From Octopus sinensis (Eukaryota): a stretch of 64,000 bases of DNA. Numbering within the stretch: position 1 is the first letter of the stretch; each line of letters begins with the position of its first letter. Where the stretch lies: assembly GCF_006345805.1 (NCBI RefSeq), contig NC_043010.1, forward strand, positions 46,872,001 to 46,936,000, in the 5' to 3' direction. The translations under genes were made by a program, and so were the position numbers. The notes under the pieces are model-generated. The model saw only the letters and a program-made list of their open reading frames with translations, was not told the origin of the DNA and did no database searches. Of this stretch, positions 12,386 to 25,789 are shown in pieces.

Positions 12386-13366
12386 CTAAAAAAAAAAAAG
12401 AGGAAGAAACAAAAACTAAAATTTCATTTCAATTTCACACACATCCTCAGCAGCCTCTGAAAAGATAAAATACAAAGCAAACAAATTCTTCACTTGACAA
12501 CTAAAAATCTACTCCCCAACGCTACAACCATCAAGTCCACCATCCTGTCTGTCGTTTCTTACACTTTTGACAAGTTCCAGTTTTCTGAAATATCCAGCTC
12601 TGTACCACCCCCACTAGACGCATCTACCTCCTCTATTTATCAAGGTGCTATTTTTACTTTTCAGTCTTTTGAGCAGCTGTGTCAATAGGATACCAGATGA
12701 TCTCTGTCAAAGTTCTGTAGTTCATATTGTCAATGTTCTTTTATTCTTTTACTTGTTTCAGTCATTTGACTGTGGCCATGCTAGAGCACCGCCTTTAGTT
12801 GAATAAATCAGCCTCCAGGACTTATTCTTTGTAAGCCTAGTACTTATTCTATTGGCCTCTTTTGCCAAACCATTAAGTTACAGGGACATAAACACACCAA
12901 CATCAGTTGTCAAATGACAGTGGCAGGACAAACAGACATACAAATACATACATATAGACATGTATATGTATGTATATATGATGAGCTTCTTTCAGTTTCC
13001 GACTACCAAATCCACTTGTGAGGCTATAGCAGAAGGCACTTGCCCGAGGTGCCTTGCAGTGGGACTGAACCCAGAACTAAGTGATTGGGAAGCAAGTTTC
13101 TTACCACACAGCCACTCCTGTATCTGTCCAAAGTTGAAAAATAAATATGATCAAAAATACTGCAGGAAGTATGAAATAAACAGAAATGTAGAAACACGTC
13201 AAAAGTACTAACATTACCTGCAGTACAAATTCACCAAAAACTGACACCAAAACTATTTAGTATTTTAGCCAAAGGCTAAAATACTAAATAGAGTCTCATA
13301 TTTTGGAGTTGCACAAAATAAAAATAAAATACATTCGCATAGGGAATAAATGAAAGGAATAATTAC

Positions 13367-13505
13367 CAATGTAAGATTCATCATTTGAATGAAAAATTCC
13401 TTCAGTAGCAATCTGATGAGGAACTGTATCCAATACCTCAGCTAAATTATGATGTTTTGATTTCATATCAGTTAATGAGCTGTTTACTTTGGAAACTGCA
13501 CTTTT
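13367..13505 (-). CDS. HAUS8: HAUS8-like exon (KSAVSKVNSSLTDMKSKHHNLAEVLDTVPHQIATEGIFHSNDESYI)
   Basis: Acceptor ttttataaacag|, donor G|gtaatt; 139 nt, phase 0 to 1. LAEVLDTVPHQIATEGI resembles HAUS8 FATALDTTRHELPVRSI. Confidence 0.82.
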
Positions 13506-13659
13506 CTGTTTATAAAAGAAAATGTTAAAACATTATTATTATTATTACTATTTATGAGCTACTGTATAGCACATACATTTGATCACTATAAACAAATCAT
13601 TTGTGCAGATTGTTCATCTTGGACGAGAGACTCCATAATCATCATCATTTTTATTATTT

Positions 13660-14105
13660 CTAAGGTAACAAGTATGGCAGAATCATTAGGACTCTCGGCA
13701 AAATGTTTAGTGGTATTTCATCCATCTTCACATGCTGAGTTAAAATTCCATCGAGGTTGACTTTGCTATCCATCCTTTCAGGGTCAATAAAATAAGTCCC
13801 AGTTGAGTACTGGGGTCAATGTAATTGACTATCTCCTGCCCCAAAATTTCAGGCCTTGTGCCTATAGTAGAAAATATCATTTCTATCAAGGCAGCAAGTT
13901 GGCTGAATTGTTAAAATGTTGGGTGAAATGTTTAGTGGCATTTCTTCCATCTTTTTGTTCTGAGTTCAAATTCTGCTGAAATCGACTTTGCCTTTCATCT
14001 TTTAGGGTCGATAAATTAAGTACCAGTGAAACAATGGGGTTGATGTATTCAATTAGTTCATTCCCCCAAAATTTCAGGCCTTGTGCCTTTAGTAGAAAGG
14101 ATTAT
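13660..14105 (+). mobile_element. Two tandem tRNA-derived SINEs with a Deu/Nin-like central domain
   Basis: A-box-like TGGCAGAATC..TAG, B-box GAGTTCAAATTC, domain TTTGCCTTTCATCC..GGGTCGATAAATTAAGTACCAG. Confidence 0.7.
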
Positions 14106-14172
14106 TATTATTTATGAAGGTCATATATGTGGCAGCAGGATTTGGCTCTGAGCCATACTTCTGGAAAGAGAA

Positions 14173-15044
14173 TTGGGTCATCCCATAAACAATGTGGTTT
14201 TGTTATACTTTTTATTTTTCAAAATTAAGATAAACAAAGTTCTTTTTCAATCTAAAATATACTCTATTTTCTACAATGTTTTTCCCTATATCTGGTAGAA
14301 TTGCAAGGCCCCTCTTCCAAAATTCACTTGTATGTAACGGAAAATATTCCTTCAGTACTGTTCTAAGCTCGTCTACAGAATTCATATTTTTTTCCATCCA
14401 AAGGATTTTGAAGACTGTGGAATAAATGATAATCAGATGGGGCAGTGTCTGGCAAATATGGTGGGTGGGGAATTGTTTCCCATTCAAACTGCTCTAGCCT
14501 TTGGAATGTCATCCTTGCTGTATGTGATCGAGCATTATCTTGATGGAAGAACACCTTTTGTCTTGAAACCAAAGATGGTCATTTTTCTTCTAGCGCCAAC
14601 TTGAATGACCAAATCTAAGCTTTTCAGCTAGTTCCTCAACAGTTACAATGGGATTTTTGTTCCATCAGGGTTTGCAGATCTTCCAGGATGAGGCTTGTCA
14701 TCTAGGCTCCAGTTTCTGGAACTACCATTGATACTAGCTTACACTTATTGCCCGATCCCAATATACTGCATTAATATTCCTCGTACTTTCCGTTGCATTG
14801 ATGCTTTTATTGAATTCACAAAGCAAAATATGCTGAATATGTTCCTCTGCCACTGCCATTATATCTTTGAAAAAATTACCTGTTAAAATTGAACTGCACT
14901 CTTCAAAACTTGCACTAAGAATAAGCACAAGGTAAAATTACTACCTGCTTTTATAGCAAGTTGATGCAGGTAGTTTACCTCATCCCCCTCCAACTTTTAG
15001 TTCATGCAATTGAAAAAAACCACATTATTTATGGGATGGCCCAA
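14173..15044 (-). mobile_element. Mariner transposon, internally deleted, both TIRs present
   Basis: TIRs TTGGGTCATCCCATAAA / TTTATGGGATGGCCCAA(TA); relic peptides EHIQHILLCEFNK, HQDNARSH, HPPYLPDTAPSDYHLF. Confidence 0.9.
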
Positions 15045-15444
15045 TACACCTGATTATTATAAACAACTCGCTTGTGCAGGTTGTTCAGCAAAAAGCTGAA
15101 TATTCATATGTTGCTGAACAACCTACAGTTTATAATAATCAGATGTATTGGGTCATCCCATAAATATGGTATTTTTCAATTGCCTGAACTAAAAGTTGGA
15201 GGGGGATGAGGTAAACTACCTGCATCAACTTGCTATAAAAGCAGTTAATAATTTTATCTTGTGCTTATTCTTAGTGCATATTTGGCATATTTTGCTTTAT
15301 AAGTTCAATCAGTGTAACGGAAAGTTCGAGAAATATTAATGCAGTATATGGGGATCAGACAATAAGCATAAGCCAGTGTCAACGGTAGTTTCAGAAACTG
15401 GAGCCTAGATGATAAGCCTCATCCTGGAAGATCTGCAAACCCTG
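14666..15444. repeat. Long imperfect palindrome (inverted duplication of the mariner 5' end plus flank)
   Basis: 15111-15444 is the reverse complement of 14666-15091 (one internal deletion); ~19-nt loop at 15092-15110. Confidence 0.9.
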
Positions 15445-16782
15445 GCTTTGCCTTTCATCCTTTCAGGGTCAATAAATTAAGTACCAGTGAAACAATGGGG
15501 TATTCAATTAGTTCATTCCCCCAAAATGTCAGGCCTTGTGCCTTTAGTAGAAAAGATTATTATTATTATTTATGAAGGTCATATATGTGGCAGAAGACAT
15601 TATTATTATTATTATTATTATTATTCCTATCTTGTTTGTCTACCTCATCCCAGCTTCTAAGTATTCCATTTAAATTCACTGTTAAATTATAATTTTTAAC
15701 ACTACTGATTATCATCTTTTACTTTTTTTAGTCATTGGACCAGGCTGAGGCACCACCTTGTAGGGATTTGTGTGTGTGTACATATATATATATATATATA
15801 TATAACTTCCACATAGTTTCCATCTGTTAAATTGACTTAAAAGCATTGATCGGCCTAAGGCTGTAAGTAGAAGACATTTGCCTATGGTGTCATGCAGTGG
15901 GACTGAACCTAAAACCACATGGTAGCAAAGCAGGCTTCTTAACCACACAGACATTCTTTTTAATACATTACCACTGTTACATCCTTGTTTTTCATGTCAA
16001 CACCACACCACTTTCTATTTATCTTATCTTTTATTCTTTTCTATTTTCAACTGTTAACTTTATACAGCCATTCATTCTCATTCATCATCAAACTTCTACA
16101 ACTTTGATTTACAACTCCAGTACACTGGCCACTCTTAACCACAACTACTTTCTAGCTGCTGTGGCAACTTCTGGTTGTATGGTCAAAATTCAACCTTTGA
16201 CCTTATCTTGCATTTCACTCTTACCTACACTCCTCCAACTTTATTAATAGACCTCTCTTTACTCTTCATCTTTCTCCCTCTTTCACATTTTTTCCCACTA
16301 ACTCCCTTTAGCCAAGTATTCCTTTTCTTTCTGTTGCCCTCCCCAACACTCCGCCTTTATATGCCCTTCTCACTTTTCCATTTCCTATCGTTTACTTTTC
16401 AGCCTTTACCCATTTTTCTCCAGGTTCTGGAGCTGTCTTGAGATCATGGTGGAAGCTAACCATAATCTAGTTGATATTTCTTTTGATTTTTTAAAAATAC
16501 TTTTATTTTTAAGTGGGATGATGTGCTTTCTTTTCATTTTATGCAAACTGTCAAATTTAGCCTGAACACTGTATCTCCACCAACATGCCTGTACCATTCC
16601 TTCAGTGTTCTGCACGGTTATAAACCAAGAATGGCCAACAAAAGTAGCATTAATTTTTTAGGTTGTTCAATAATGAACCTATAATGACTACTGGAAAAAG
16701 CTTTAAGTTTAATTTACTACAATAAAAAAAAAAAATGTAATGACCATTATTTATGCTTTGTCTTAAAGACAAAAAGGAAATT

Positions 16783-19293
16783 TGAAACCTACCATCTCAT
16801 ATTTTCACCAAATTTTGACCAGTTATACCTATCAGTAAGGACAGAAAAAGTGCAAAATTTTAGGCCCCAGTTCCCAACAGTTCAAAAGTTGTGCCGATTT
16901 TAAATTTGGCTCAAATCATCTGCTTTTAGACCTGCAACAGCCATCTTGGATTTCAATACCGCAACAAATAATGTAATGACTTTCAATCCACATAGACTAT
17001 TTTACTGAAAATTTGTACCTGACCATTTTTTAGAGTGCTGAATCTGAATTTGAAGAGAAAAGAGTGTATTTCTTATGGCAAAGTGCACATTTTCATGAAT
17101 TAAAATGAAAACACTTCACCACATCCCACCGACACTGCTGTGTATGCAAAGTCAAATTCCCAGAAGTGCCCAAATCCTACAGCTTTAACCCTTTCGTTAC
17201 TAACCCGGCCGAAAAATTTTTTGGTTCATAATACCAAGCCGGCCGTACCCGGCCATGAGAACCTATTGTTATTTAAATGTAAATTTGAACCCAAATCTCG
17301 TTGGTACATTCGTTAAAACATGTGATTTCACATTGTAAATAGTTAAGTTATAGTATCCGACGTTGCTTGAAGTGATATCTCAACTCAGTGAATTTTGGGA
17401 GATTTTTTTCCACATGTTTTACGGCATCGATTTTTCTTCAACTTTGAAAATGGATAGGAGTTTCATGTTATCAAGCATTGATTCCGAATTTAAAGCTTTT
17501 TCAACGGAAAATAGGGAGATATCGAGAAAAAGAATGAAATAGGTACTAAAGCACGTGGTGTACAAAATAATGAATATTTTTTTATCCGAAAATGAAAGCA
17601 GCGCCTTCCGAAGAAACAAAGCGGCGAAGGCAACAGCGAAGACGATTTTACATCGGAATGAAGTAAAAAAACTTTAAAAATGTTTTTATTAGCAATTTTT
17701 CTGAGGAGATAAAGTTTATCTATAGCCTTTCTTAGGAAGTGAAGCCATTAGACTTTTATTTTTTTCAGTATGCTAGTTTGAAGCGATCACTTCGGAAACA
17801 AACTTACGCAGATTGTAAACAAACACAAAATGGGGGTTCAAAGTTTGGAAAATTTGTGAAGCAAATACTGGGTACTGTTGTGGATTTAGTTTTTATACAG
17901 AGAAACTAATGTTAGTCAGCATGGCTTAGGGTACGATGTGGTCTGGAAGTTATTGTATGAAGCGATCAATGCGGAAACAAACTTACGTAGATTGTAAACA
18001 AACACAAATCGGGATCAAATTTCGGAAAATTTGTGAAGCAAATACTGGGTACTGCGTGGATTTAGTTTTTATACAGAGAAAATAATGTTAGTCAACATGG
18101 CCTAGGGAACGATGTGGTCTGGAATTTATCATTCCATACCATAACCAGGGCCGTATATTATTTTTTGACCGATTTCTTTAGTTCGTTCAAACTTGAGGTG
18201 GATTCCAGTATTTCACTTTATTCCACCTTTATGGTTACACCTGTTGTGCATTAAATTCAACTGATGATCTAGTGATGTGCACAATTCTTCTTTATCAAAA
18301 TTTTGTTGCATACCCATTTGAATATTAGCTGATGATTCATTTTCTATAGTGATGTTTACACAAAATTTTAATTTTTTACCTTTTGCTCAATTTAAAATTA
18401 TAATATTTTTACCTTTTGCTCAATTTACCTGGATTTACCTGTAATTAAAGTCACTTTGAGACAAAAGTTATGCAATAGAATTGATTAAGAACCCTTTCTT
18501 TAATTATGTTCCAAATATCACATTAATATGTTGATAAGTAAAAAAGTTACAGTTATTTAATGAAACAAGCCTAAATTCATGATTATTTTAGAATTTAATT
18601 GAAACTCATGAGGGGTGTATTTTGGTCAGAAATATAGTAACGAAAGGGTTAAAACTTTTAGCACATAAACTGGACATAATCTTTTACTTGTGTGTGAAAA
18701 ATCTCAATGGTACTCTCAAGACCTCAAAAATTTCAAACCACCAAGTTGAGCCACTCATTTGATATTTTCCAACCACAATCACAGTAAACACAGCAGTCAG
18801 AGGAAATTGTCACTTCCTGTTTTTCTTCTTCAAATTCTGTTCTCACAAAGGTCATAAAGGTACAGCTGATTGTGGAAGTTAAAGGTGCAGTTGCAAAGAA
18901 ACTTGCTTGTGTGCTAAAAGTCAATGATTCCGGTCTTCAAGAAGGAAAACAAGTGAACATTGGCAAAGAGACACAGTCAAAAGCAAATGATCTAGATTAC
19001 TTGGTTGCAGTGTATGAAGGAAAAAATTAAAAGTGCTGGCCAAAAGCAAAAACTTCAGATCTTGACTTTGGTTCCAAATTCTTGGTCTGTAAGAAGAATT
19101 GCCAAAGAATTCAGAGTGTCAAGAAAGTACCATTCAACCTGGCTATTTGAATGGTACTTGAAGATGGCCAAATTTCAAATCCTCCTAACTTTTGAACTGT
19201 TGGGAGTTGGTGTCTGAAATTTTGCACTTTTTCTGTTCTTACTGATAGGAACAACTGGTAAAAATTTAGTAAAATCTGAGATGGTGAGTTTCA
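16783..19293. mobile_element. DNA transposon with ~128-bp TIRs (16783-16910, 19166-19293), family uncertain
   Basis: Arms are reverse complements (TTTTGAACTGTTGGGA, AAATTTTGCACTTTTTCTGT); internal transposase-like remnant KLQILTLVPNSWSVRRIAKEF in ORF 19005..19217. Confidence 0.65.
17189..18648 (+). mobile_element. piggyBac non-autonomous relic nested in the TIR element
   Basis: TTAA|CCCTTTCGTTACTA…TAGTAACGAAAGGG|TTAA; transposase motifs KWGFKVWKICEANTGY (from 17828) and HGLGYDVVWKLL. Confidence 0.9.
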
Positions 19294-19374
19294 TGCCTGT
19301 CCTACATTTATATAGAATCACCCTATAAAAATATAAAATTGTGCATATCCATGTGTATGAAGTTACATACATAC

Positions 19375-19494
19375 CTGAAGTTCACCTAAACGGGTAACCA
19401 GCTTATTGTGATTTATTTTTCTCAGTTGCAGATGTAAATCTAACTCTTTCTCACTATCAGATTGAGTCAAGTAACATAAATCTTGAATCTGCCT
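19375..19494 (-). CDS. HAUS8: HAUS8-like exon (RQIQDLCYLTQSDSEKELDLHLQLRKINHNKLVTRLGELQ)
   Basis: Acceptor cttaacag|, donor CAG|gtatgt; 120 nt open, phase 0-0; not in the ORF track (too short). Confidence 0.8.
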
Positions 19495-20624
19495 CTGTTA
19501 AGTATTTTAAACAATGTGGATTGACAAATTATGATTAACAGAAAAAAATCACACGATACAAAGACTTGTTCATGAAACAAAACTATAATAATAAACATAA
19601 ACAATACACATATACAATGTAAATGGATAACAGCACAAGGTAATGTATTGTAGGAGAGGTGAATAGTTATATAAATGACTAATATATGACATGTATTTCA
19701 TTTATTAATCTTTGCATGCTGGAAAGCAATGCTGTTCCCAGTAAAGATTTGAAAATAGAATGTAGAGGGGGGCTAAAGTAAATAATGTAAAACATTTACT
19801 CCAAACAATACACGATGCTCAAACTTTCTTCCAACAAATTTAAAACAGAGATAGAGTGGATAGAGAAATAATTGAAGTTATTAAAAAAAAAAAAAAGAAA
19901 TAAGACCACAAAATATCATGCTAAGATAATAGGTAAAAGTCCCTTTATGGCCAATACTAAATATAGGGCAAATACTAACACTGAAGGGTTTATTCATACA
20001 ATATGAAAACATCTCTACCAAAAACGATTAAAAAAAACCCATAAAATGAAGTAGAATATAAAATTAAAATACATGGAGATTGTGAAGAAATAATAAATCA
20101 CATTATCTCTATTACCATAGAACTCGGTGAGACTTTACATTTTATGTTATGGTAAAATTCCACAGAATGTTGAATTTGTGTCCATAGCACTGATCAACAA
20201 TGCTGACCACAGAAGACCAGTAACTGACAGACCATTCATTGCACAGAATAAAAATGTATTTTCCTTAAGGAAATGTTTTTCTTGGTCACAACATAGAATG
20301 TGTGAATGTGTATAGTGAAGCTCTAGACAGCAACACTCAGGTTATCTCTGTAAAACTAGGACAGAGATAACCCTTCAAACCTTCAGTCCTTTTTGAACCT
20401 TTTGGTAGCTAAACTCCTCCCTACATCATGGAGATGCATGGATCTTCAATTGAAGCAATGAGATCCAGCCTAAAATGTGCACGCCAAACTGACCCATGAA
20501 TAGTAAGAATAAAGACCATAGAAAATAATGGGGAATCTTTAGTCTCTCAAGCGCTGTGGTAGCACAATAACATGTTCCCACCCTATGCTAAAAAGTAGTT
20601 GTAATACGAAAATAAAGGAACACG

Positions 20625-21000
20625 CAGGAGTGGCTGTGTAGTAAGTACCTTGCTTACCAACCACATGGTTCAGTCCCACTGCGTGGCACCTTGGGCAAGT
20701 GTCTTCTACTATAGCCTCGGGCCGACCAAAGTCTTGTGAGTGGATTTGGTAGAAGGAAACTGAAAGAAGCCCGTCGTATATATGTATGCATATATATATA
20801 TATGTTTGTGTGTTTTTGTTTGTCCCCCCAACATCGCTTGACAACCGATACTGGTGTGTTTACGTCCCCGTAACTTAGCGGTTCGGCAAAAGAGATCGAT
20901 AGAATAAGTACTAGGCTTACAAAGAATAAGTCCTGGGGTCGATGCTCCAGCATGGCCACAGTCAAATGACTGAAACAAGTAAAAGAGAGAACACAAAAGA
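20625..21000 (+). mobile_element. tRNA-headed CORE-like SINE with an internal (TA/TG)n tract
   Basis: GCAGGAGTGGCTGTG head and GGCACCTTGGGCAAGTG core; further copies e.g. 12720-13120(-), 33560-33800(+), 52090-52630(-), 55105-55480(+). Confidence 0.7.
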
Positions 21001-21779
21001 GCCGCTTGATATTTTCTTGTGCTGACCACTGTAGTATTGGTAGCAGAAAATGCAACCTGTCCATGCTATAAACTGATCTGTGAATGCTTTTCTGAAAATA
21101 ATGACATTCTAGGCCTGATGGCAAAGGACCTTGGTAGATCAAGCCATACAACAGGTGACTGTTTAGTACTCACAAAGCACAGAAATCGCTACTACCAGTA
21201 AAGTAACCATAGAAGGGAAGTAACTCTCAAAGAGAACTAACAGAAGCTGCGTCTCTAGTCTTCTGCGCGTAAAATTTTCTCTAGTAGTGGGTGTATTAAA
21301 AAAAAATCAAGGGAAGTAACTCTGAATAAAAACTGATGTAGATAAATGATGACCTTTCCAACCTAGGCCAGTATGGTAAAAAGGACATAAAAAAATGATA
21401 GCCATTCTTTTATGTGAGAATGGTAATTCACATAATCCATGAGGTTCCACAAATACTTCTTAAGACATTGTATTTATTTTATAGTAATGCCACTATTTGC
21501 AGCTTTTCCTATTCTGTAGTAGCTTTTTTATAGTTAGAGGAATTGAGCAAATTAAGGTGTGTTTCTCTCTTATAGTGTTTTGATACCTTTTTACATATCT
21601 TTTGTTGGGTATAGCCAGATCAGCTTTCTCATACCCAGTTTTTTCTCTCAGCTCTTTTACACTCCATCGTTCTTGCACACACAATAGAGTATACATGTCT
21701 CACTACCTTCCAACCTTTACACATACCCTGCATTCAATACCCGTGTTTTGCTATCATGCAACATTGCACCTTGTACACA

Positions 21780-22275
21780 AGCACCATACCATCTGCCCTT
21801 CACTTGAAGAGGAAATCCCTTCATTGATAAGCTCTATAAAGAAGTGCCAATCTTTTGTAGACGGAACACACAAAAGAAGGACACTCAAATTGACATGGGA
21901 TGAATTACTGAAGGATGACCTCAGATTGCTGAACCTTTCAGATGAGATGACAAAGGACTGAGATACCTGGTACTTTGTTGTACTCAAAAAAACCTGTACT
22001 CCACAGCAGAAGTGTTAGGGCCACTCCCCCTGGTGAAGAGTATTGGTCTGCCAGAGTCCTGTGCAAGTATCATATTAGAGCGCTCATGTGGTGCCACTTT
22101 AAAAGCATCCAGCACCACACACTGCAAAGTGGTTGGCATTAGGAAGGGCATCCAGCCATAGAAACCATCCCAAATCAGACTGGAACCTGGTGCAGCTCTC
22201 TGGCTTGCCAGCTCTGGTCAAACCATTCAACCCATGCCATATTGGAAAAATAGACATAAATGGTGATGAGGTAAT
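21780..22275 (+). mobile_element. RTE-LINE RT C-terminus plus 3' UTR
   Basis: KKCQSFVDGTHKRRTLKLTWDELLKDDLRLLNLSDEMTKD followed by the family 3' core. Confidence 0.75.
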
Positions 22276-22539
22276 GACTCCACAAACAGTTTTTACTATG
22301 CATTCAGAACACTGACCTCCAGCTCAATGAATGCCAGGTATAGAGCAGTGATTCTCAGCTGGGGTCCATATAAGATTATATTGTTAAAAAGTATGTGCAA
22401 TAAATTGGTTTATTTCTACAATGCACAAAATATTTTAAGAATTTTTTAATACAAATTCTAATATAATAAGATTATGCAGTTTGCTATAAGTCTTTCTGTT
22501 ACTTTAATAACCCAATCTATCAATTCAGCACCTCTGTTG

Positions 22540-23050
22540 TTGCTTGCCTTGCGCAGTTCCATTGCCTTTGTAACAATCGGTAATTATACTGCTACACCAG
22601 TCGCAGGGTATGACACTACCTTGGACTACCTGCCTGACTGTGATAATGACTACAATTCATCCTACTTAGATGGATATTTGTAGCATCTCAGCAACTATTC
22701 CTGGTCTAGTTGCTTTTCCTACCTTTACATCCTTAACTGTGCTTTCAAATGTACAGCTATCTGCTTCAATAGCTGGTCCCTCTGTTGGTCTACTTTGAGT
22801 AGTCCCTCTCTATCACCACACATTCTCCCAACATTCTGTAATCTCTTGGAATAACAATTACAGGCTTCTTTCTTGTGTGTGTTAGTGATGGCAAGGGTGC
22901 CACTTTTCAGTTAACACATTTCCCTAATGACATCTCAAACTGTGCCAATACCTTGCCTTATGCAATCCACCTCTAATCCTTTGCAAATTCTTAGCAAACC
23001 TCTTACTTCCATCATCTCTCAGTAGTTTAACTTTCACAGCTCTGTCTGGT
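22540..23050 (-). mobile_element. RTE-LINE RT N-terminal relic
   Basis: Degenerate AEMLQIS..VG..QVVQGSVIPCDWCSSIITDCYKGNG. Confidence 0.65.
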
Positions 23051-23295
23051 GTTCTATTCTAATGCCATGCCAACTTGTCTGGCTGGGAGCTTGTTCCACC
23101 ATCCACAGATCTGGTCTGTGGCTTGCAATAGGTTGTCTCATACAAACTCTTAGTTGTCTTGTATGTCATAACCCCAATATCCTCCTTTCTCTCATCATAT
23201 GCATTAACTTGTATTTCTATGAACCTATGTCCAGTAGCTTCCATACCTATATCAATAAATAAATAAATAAAGTGTGCAGTTATATAACTACTTAC

Positions 23296-23391
23296 TGCCG
23301 CATCAGCTTCTCTCTTCTGAATTGCTTTCTGCACCATTTTATCAAGATAAAGTGTTTGGATGTAATTGGTGTATAAAATATCCACTTCTAT
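23296..23391 (-). CDS. HAUS8: HAUS8-like exon (IEVDILYTNYIQTLYLDKMVQKAIQKREADAA)
   Basis: Acceptor tctcaaccag|, donor GCA|gtaagt; 96 nt, phase 0-0; resembles the start of the HAUS8 coiled-coil region. Confidence 0.8.
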
Positions 23392-23717
23392 CTGGTTGAG
23401 AGGTGCTTTTTGCTAAAAATATCATTGAATGAAAAAAATTAAATAAATATTTGCATGCATGTAAATATGCATATAATTAATATACTTGCATTAAAATCAT
23501 GAAGGAAAAAATTATATATTTTGAGTATAAACTACATTTTAAAAAATCTAATAATTCTATTTAAAAATCAATAGTAAAATTTAAATAATCTCCTGATATA
23601 ATACTTACAGAAAACAAAGCCTATCACAAATCATTTTCAAAATATACTTGCAAGAATCCCAAAACTTATTGAATTACAGTAGCACTACCTGAAGAATTGT
23701 GAATCATAAGTGTATCT

Positions 23718-23943
23718 ATTTCTTTACTACCCACAAGGGGCTAAACACAGAGAGGACAAACAAGGACAGACAAACGGATTAAGTCGATTATATCGACCCC
23801 AGTGCGTAACTGGTACTTATTTAATCGACCCTGAAAGGATGAAAGGCAAAGTCGCCCTCGGCGAAATTTGAACTCAGAATGTAGCGGCAGACAAAATACC
23901 GCTAAGCATTTCGCCTGGCGTGCTAACGTTTTTGCCAGCTCGC
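23718..23943 (-). mobile_element. tRNA-derived Deu/Nin-like SINE
   Basis: Near-intact copy; others at 30538-30770(+), 35415-35620(+), 60507-61165(+, three copies), 62170-62550(+). Confidence 0.75.
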
Positions 23944-25027
23944 AAGCCAGCCTAGATAAGGTTCATCTTTCAAAATTATATTTACAAAAAGATTTTAACT
24001 CAATATTACAGGTTAATGAAACATACATCAATTATACATTACTGATCCAGTTTACCATGCCAAATTTGGGTGGACAGAGCCATTTCAGTGTTTAGTGTAT
24101 TGATCTTTAACTCAGCATGCCAACATTTGTAGGGTATTGACTGTCAAACCTTTGGTTATTTGGTTGATATGCAATCAATTCAGTCAGTTGATACCCTCTG
24201 ACTTGCTAAGTTATAATTTGAACTGCATGATAATAACAATTATACCATAGCCACCCTATTTACCATTTCTCTTTTTCAAATATTGATCATTATTTAACAC
24301 CCATTTTTCTATGCTTGCATGCTTCAGACACAATTCTTCAAGGTAGGTTTTTTTTTTACAGATGGACACCCTTCCAGTCATCAACCCTCAATTGTTTCCA
24401 GGCAAGGTAATAATCTTCAATGCCCAGATGTGTTTCTCACTATAGACTGAAAGCAAACAACACTGCTTGTATGATGATAATGATGCTTGTTTATAACATC
24501 ATGTGACGTCAGAATAAGAGTACACAGAAACGCACACATAGATGGTGGACTTCTTCCACTTTCTATCTACCAAATCTACTCACAGGGCTTTTTGGTTAGT
24601 CTGCCTGGAGTCATAGTAAAAGAATACTTGCCTAAAGTACTGCACAATAGGACTGAACATTAGAAATGGTTAGGAATCAAGCTTCTCAACCACACAGCTC
24701 AAAAGGGATCCAGTTCACTCTTTAAGGTGGTTGGCATTAGGAAGGGCATCCAGCCATAAAAGTCTGCCAAACAGACCTTACTAGTGCTGGTGCCATGTAA
24801 AATGCACCCAGTCCCCTCTGTAAAGTGGAAGGGCATCCAGCCGTAAAAACCATGCTAAAAAAGAGTGGAGCTTGGTGCAGGCCTTTGGCTTACCAGCTCC
24901 TGTCAAACCATCTAACCCATGCCAGCATGAGAAAATGGATGTTAAATGATGAAGATGATATCAAAATAAACTAAAAAAGATATATCAGAATTAAGAAATA
25001 AGAGAAAAATATTACTTCTTTATTTAC

Positions 25028-25116
25028 TTCAGGATCCTCCAGTGGCAGTAAAGCTTCCTTGTTCTTGGTAGTTTTGAAAATATCTCTGCGACAACTGAGT
25101 TTAGGTCCTTCAGACC
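25028..25116 (-). CDS. HAUS8: HAUS8-like exon (SEGPKLSCRRDIFKTTKNKEALLPLEDPE)
   Basis: Acceptor ctatgttactag|, donor GAA|gtaaat; 89 nt, phase 1 to 0. Confidence 0.7.
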
Positions 25117-25628
25117 CTAGTAACATAGAAAGATCAATTCATACAGTTTCAGAAGTAGACTTTAAACCCTTTAGCATTCAGATTACTGTCAGACATAATG
25201 TTTATATATTCAGTTAGTTCTAAATTAATTTTGTATGATCTCTTAGCTTCAAGATTTTTGTGTTTGTTTACTTTTAGAATGACATTATAGGGTAAGTGTG
25301 ACAGGCTGAATCTGACCAGTTTGAATATAAAACAGGTAGAATATTTTAGTTGGGTTAAATGTTAATGGGTTAAGCTTCCAACACTCTAAACTAAGTTTTA
25401 TTAAGCTTACTTACTAGTGATACTAAGTCTATTCATACTTTTGTATCCCTTTATATTTAACACAACTTGGCCCGTTCTAAAAATTTAAAGCTTCACCTCA
25501 CCCAGTTTCTTGAAGAAAAAATAGCTAAAGTTATTTTTTTTAATAACAAAAACAGATTCTTATATACTGCATTATGCACCAGTGTCTGCTTTAGTAAGGT
25601 TCCTATGGCTGGATGCTTTTCCTAATGC

Positions 25629-25666
<38 letters not shown>

Positions 25667-25753
25667 AGAGTTTACGAAAAAAACAAAAGACGAAGATAGG
25701 TGGTGTACAAAACAAACAGATGTATTAGTACAACGCTTAGGAATAGAAAAAGT

Positions 25754-25789
25754 CTTTTACGTTTCGAGCCTACGCTCTTCTACAGAAAG
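25754..25789 (-). ncRNA. Penelope-type minimal hammerhead-ribozyme-like motif (core variant)
   Basis: CTTT-CTGTAGA-A-GAGC GTAG GCTC-GAAA-CGTA-AAAG: stem I, stem II hairpin, palindromic ACGT stem III; core position 6 is U rather than A. Confidence 0.45.

Noticed and set aside
20654-21151. 165-aa ORF and many other 60-125-aa ORFs across SINEs and microsatellites
   Set aside because: They translate SINE consensus or (TA/CA/CAT)n tracts; the same peptides recur wherever the repeat occurs.
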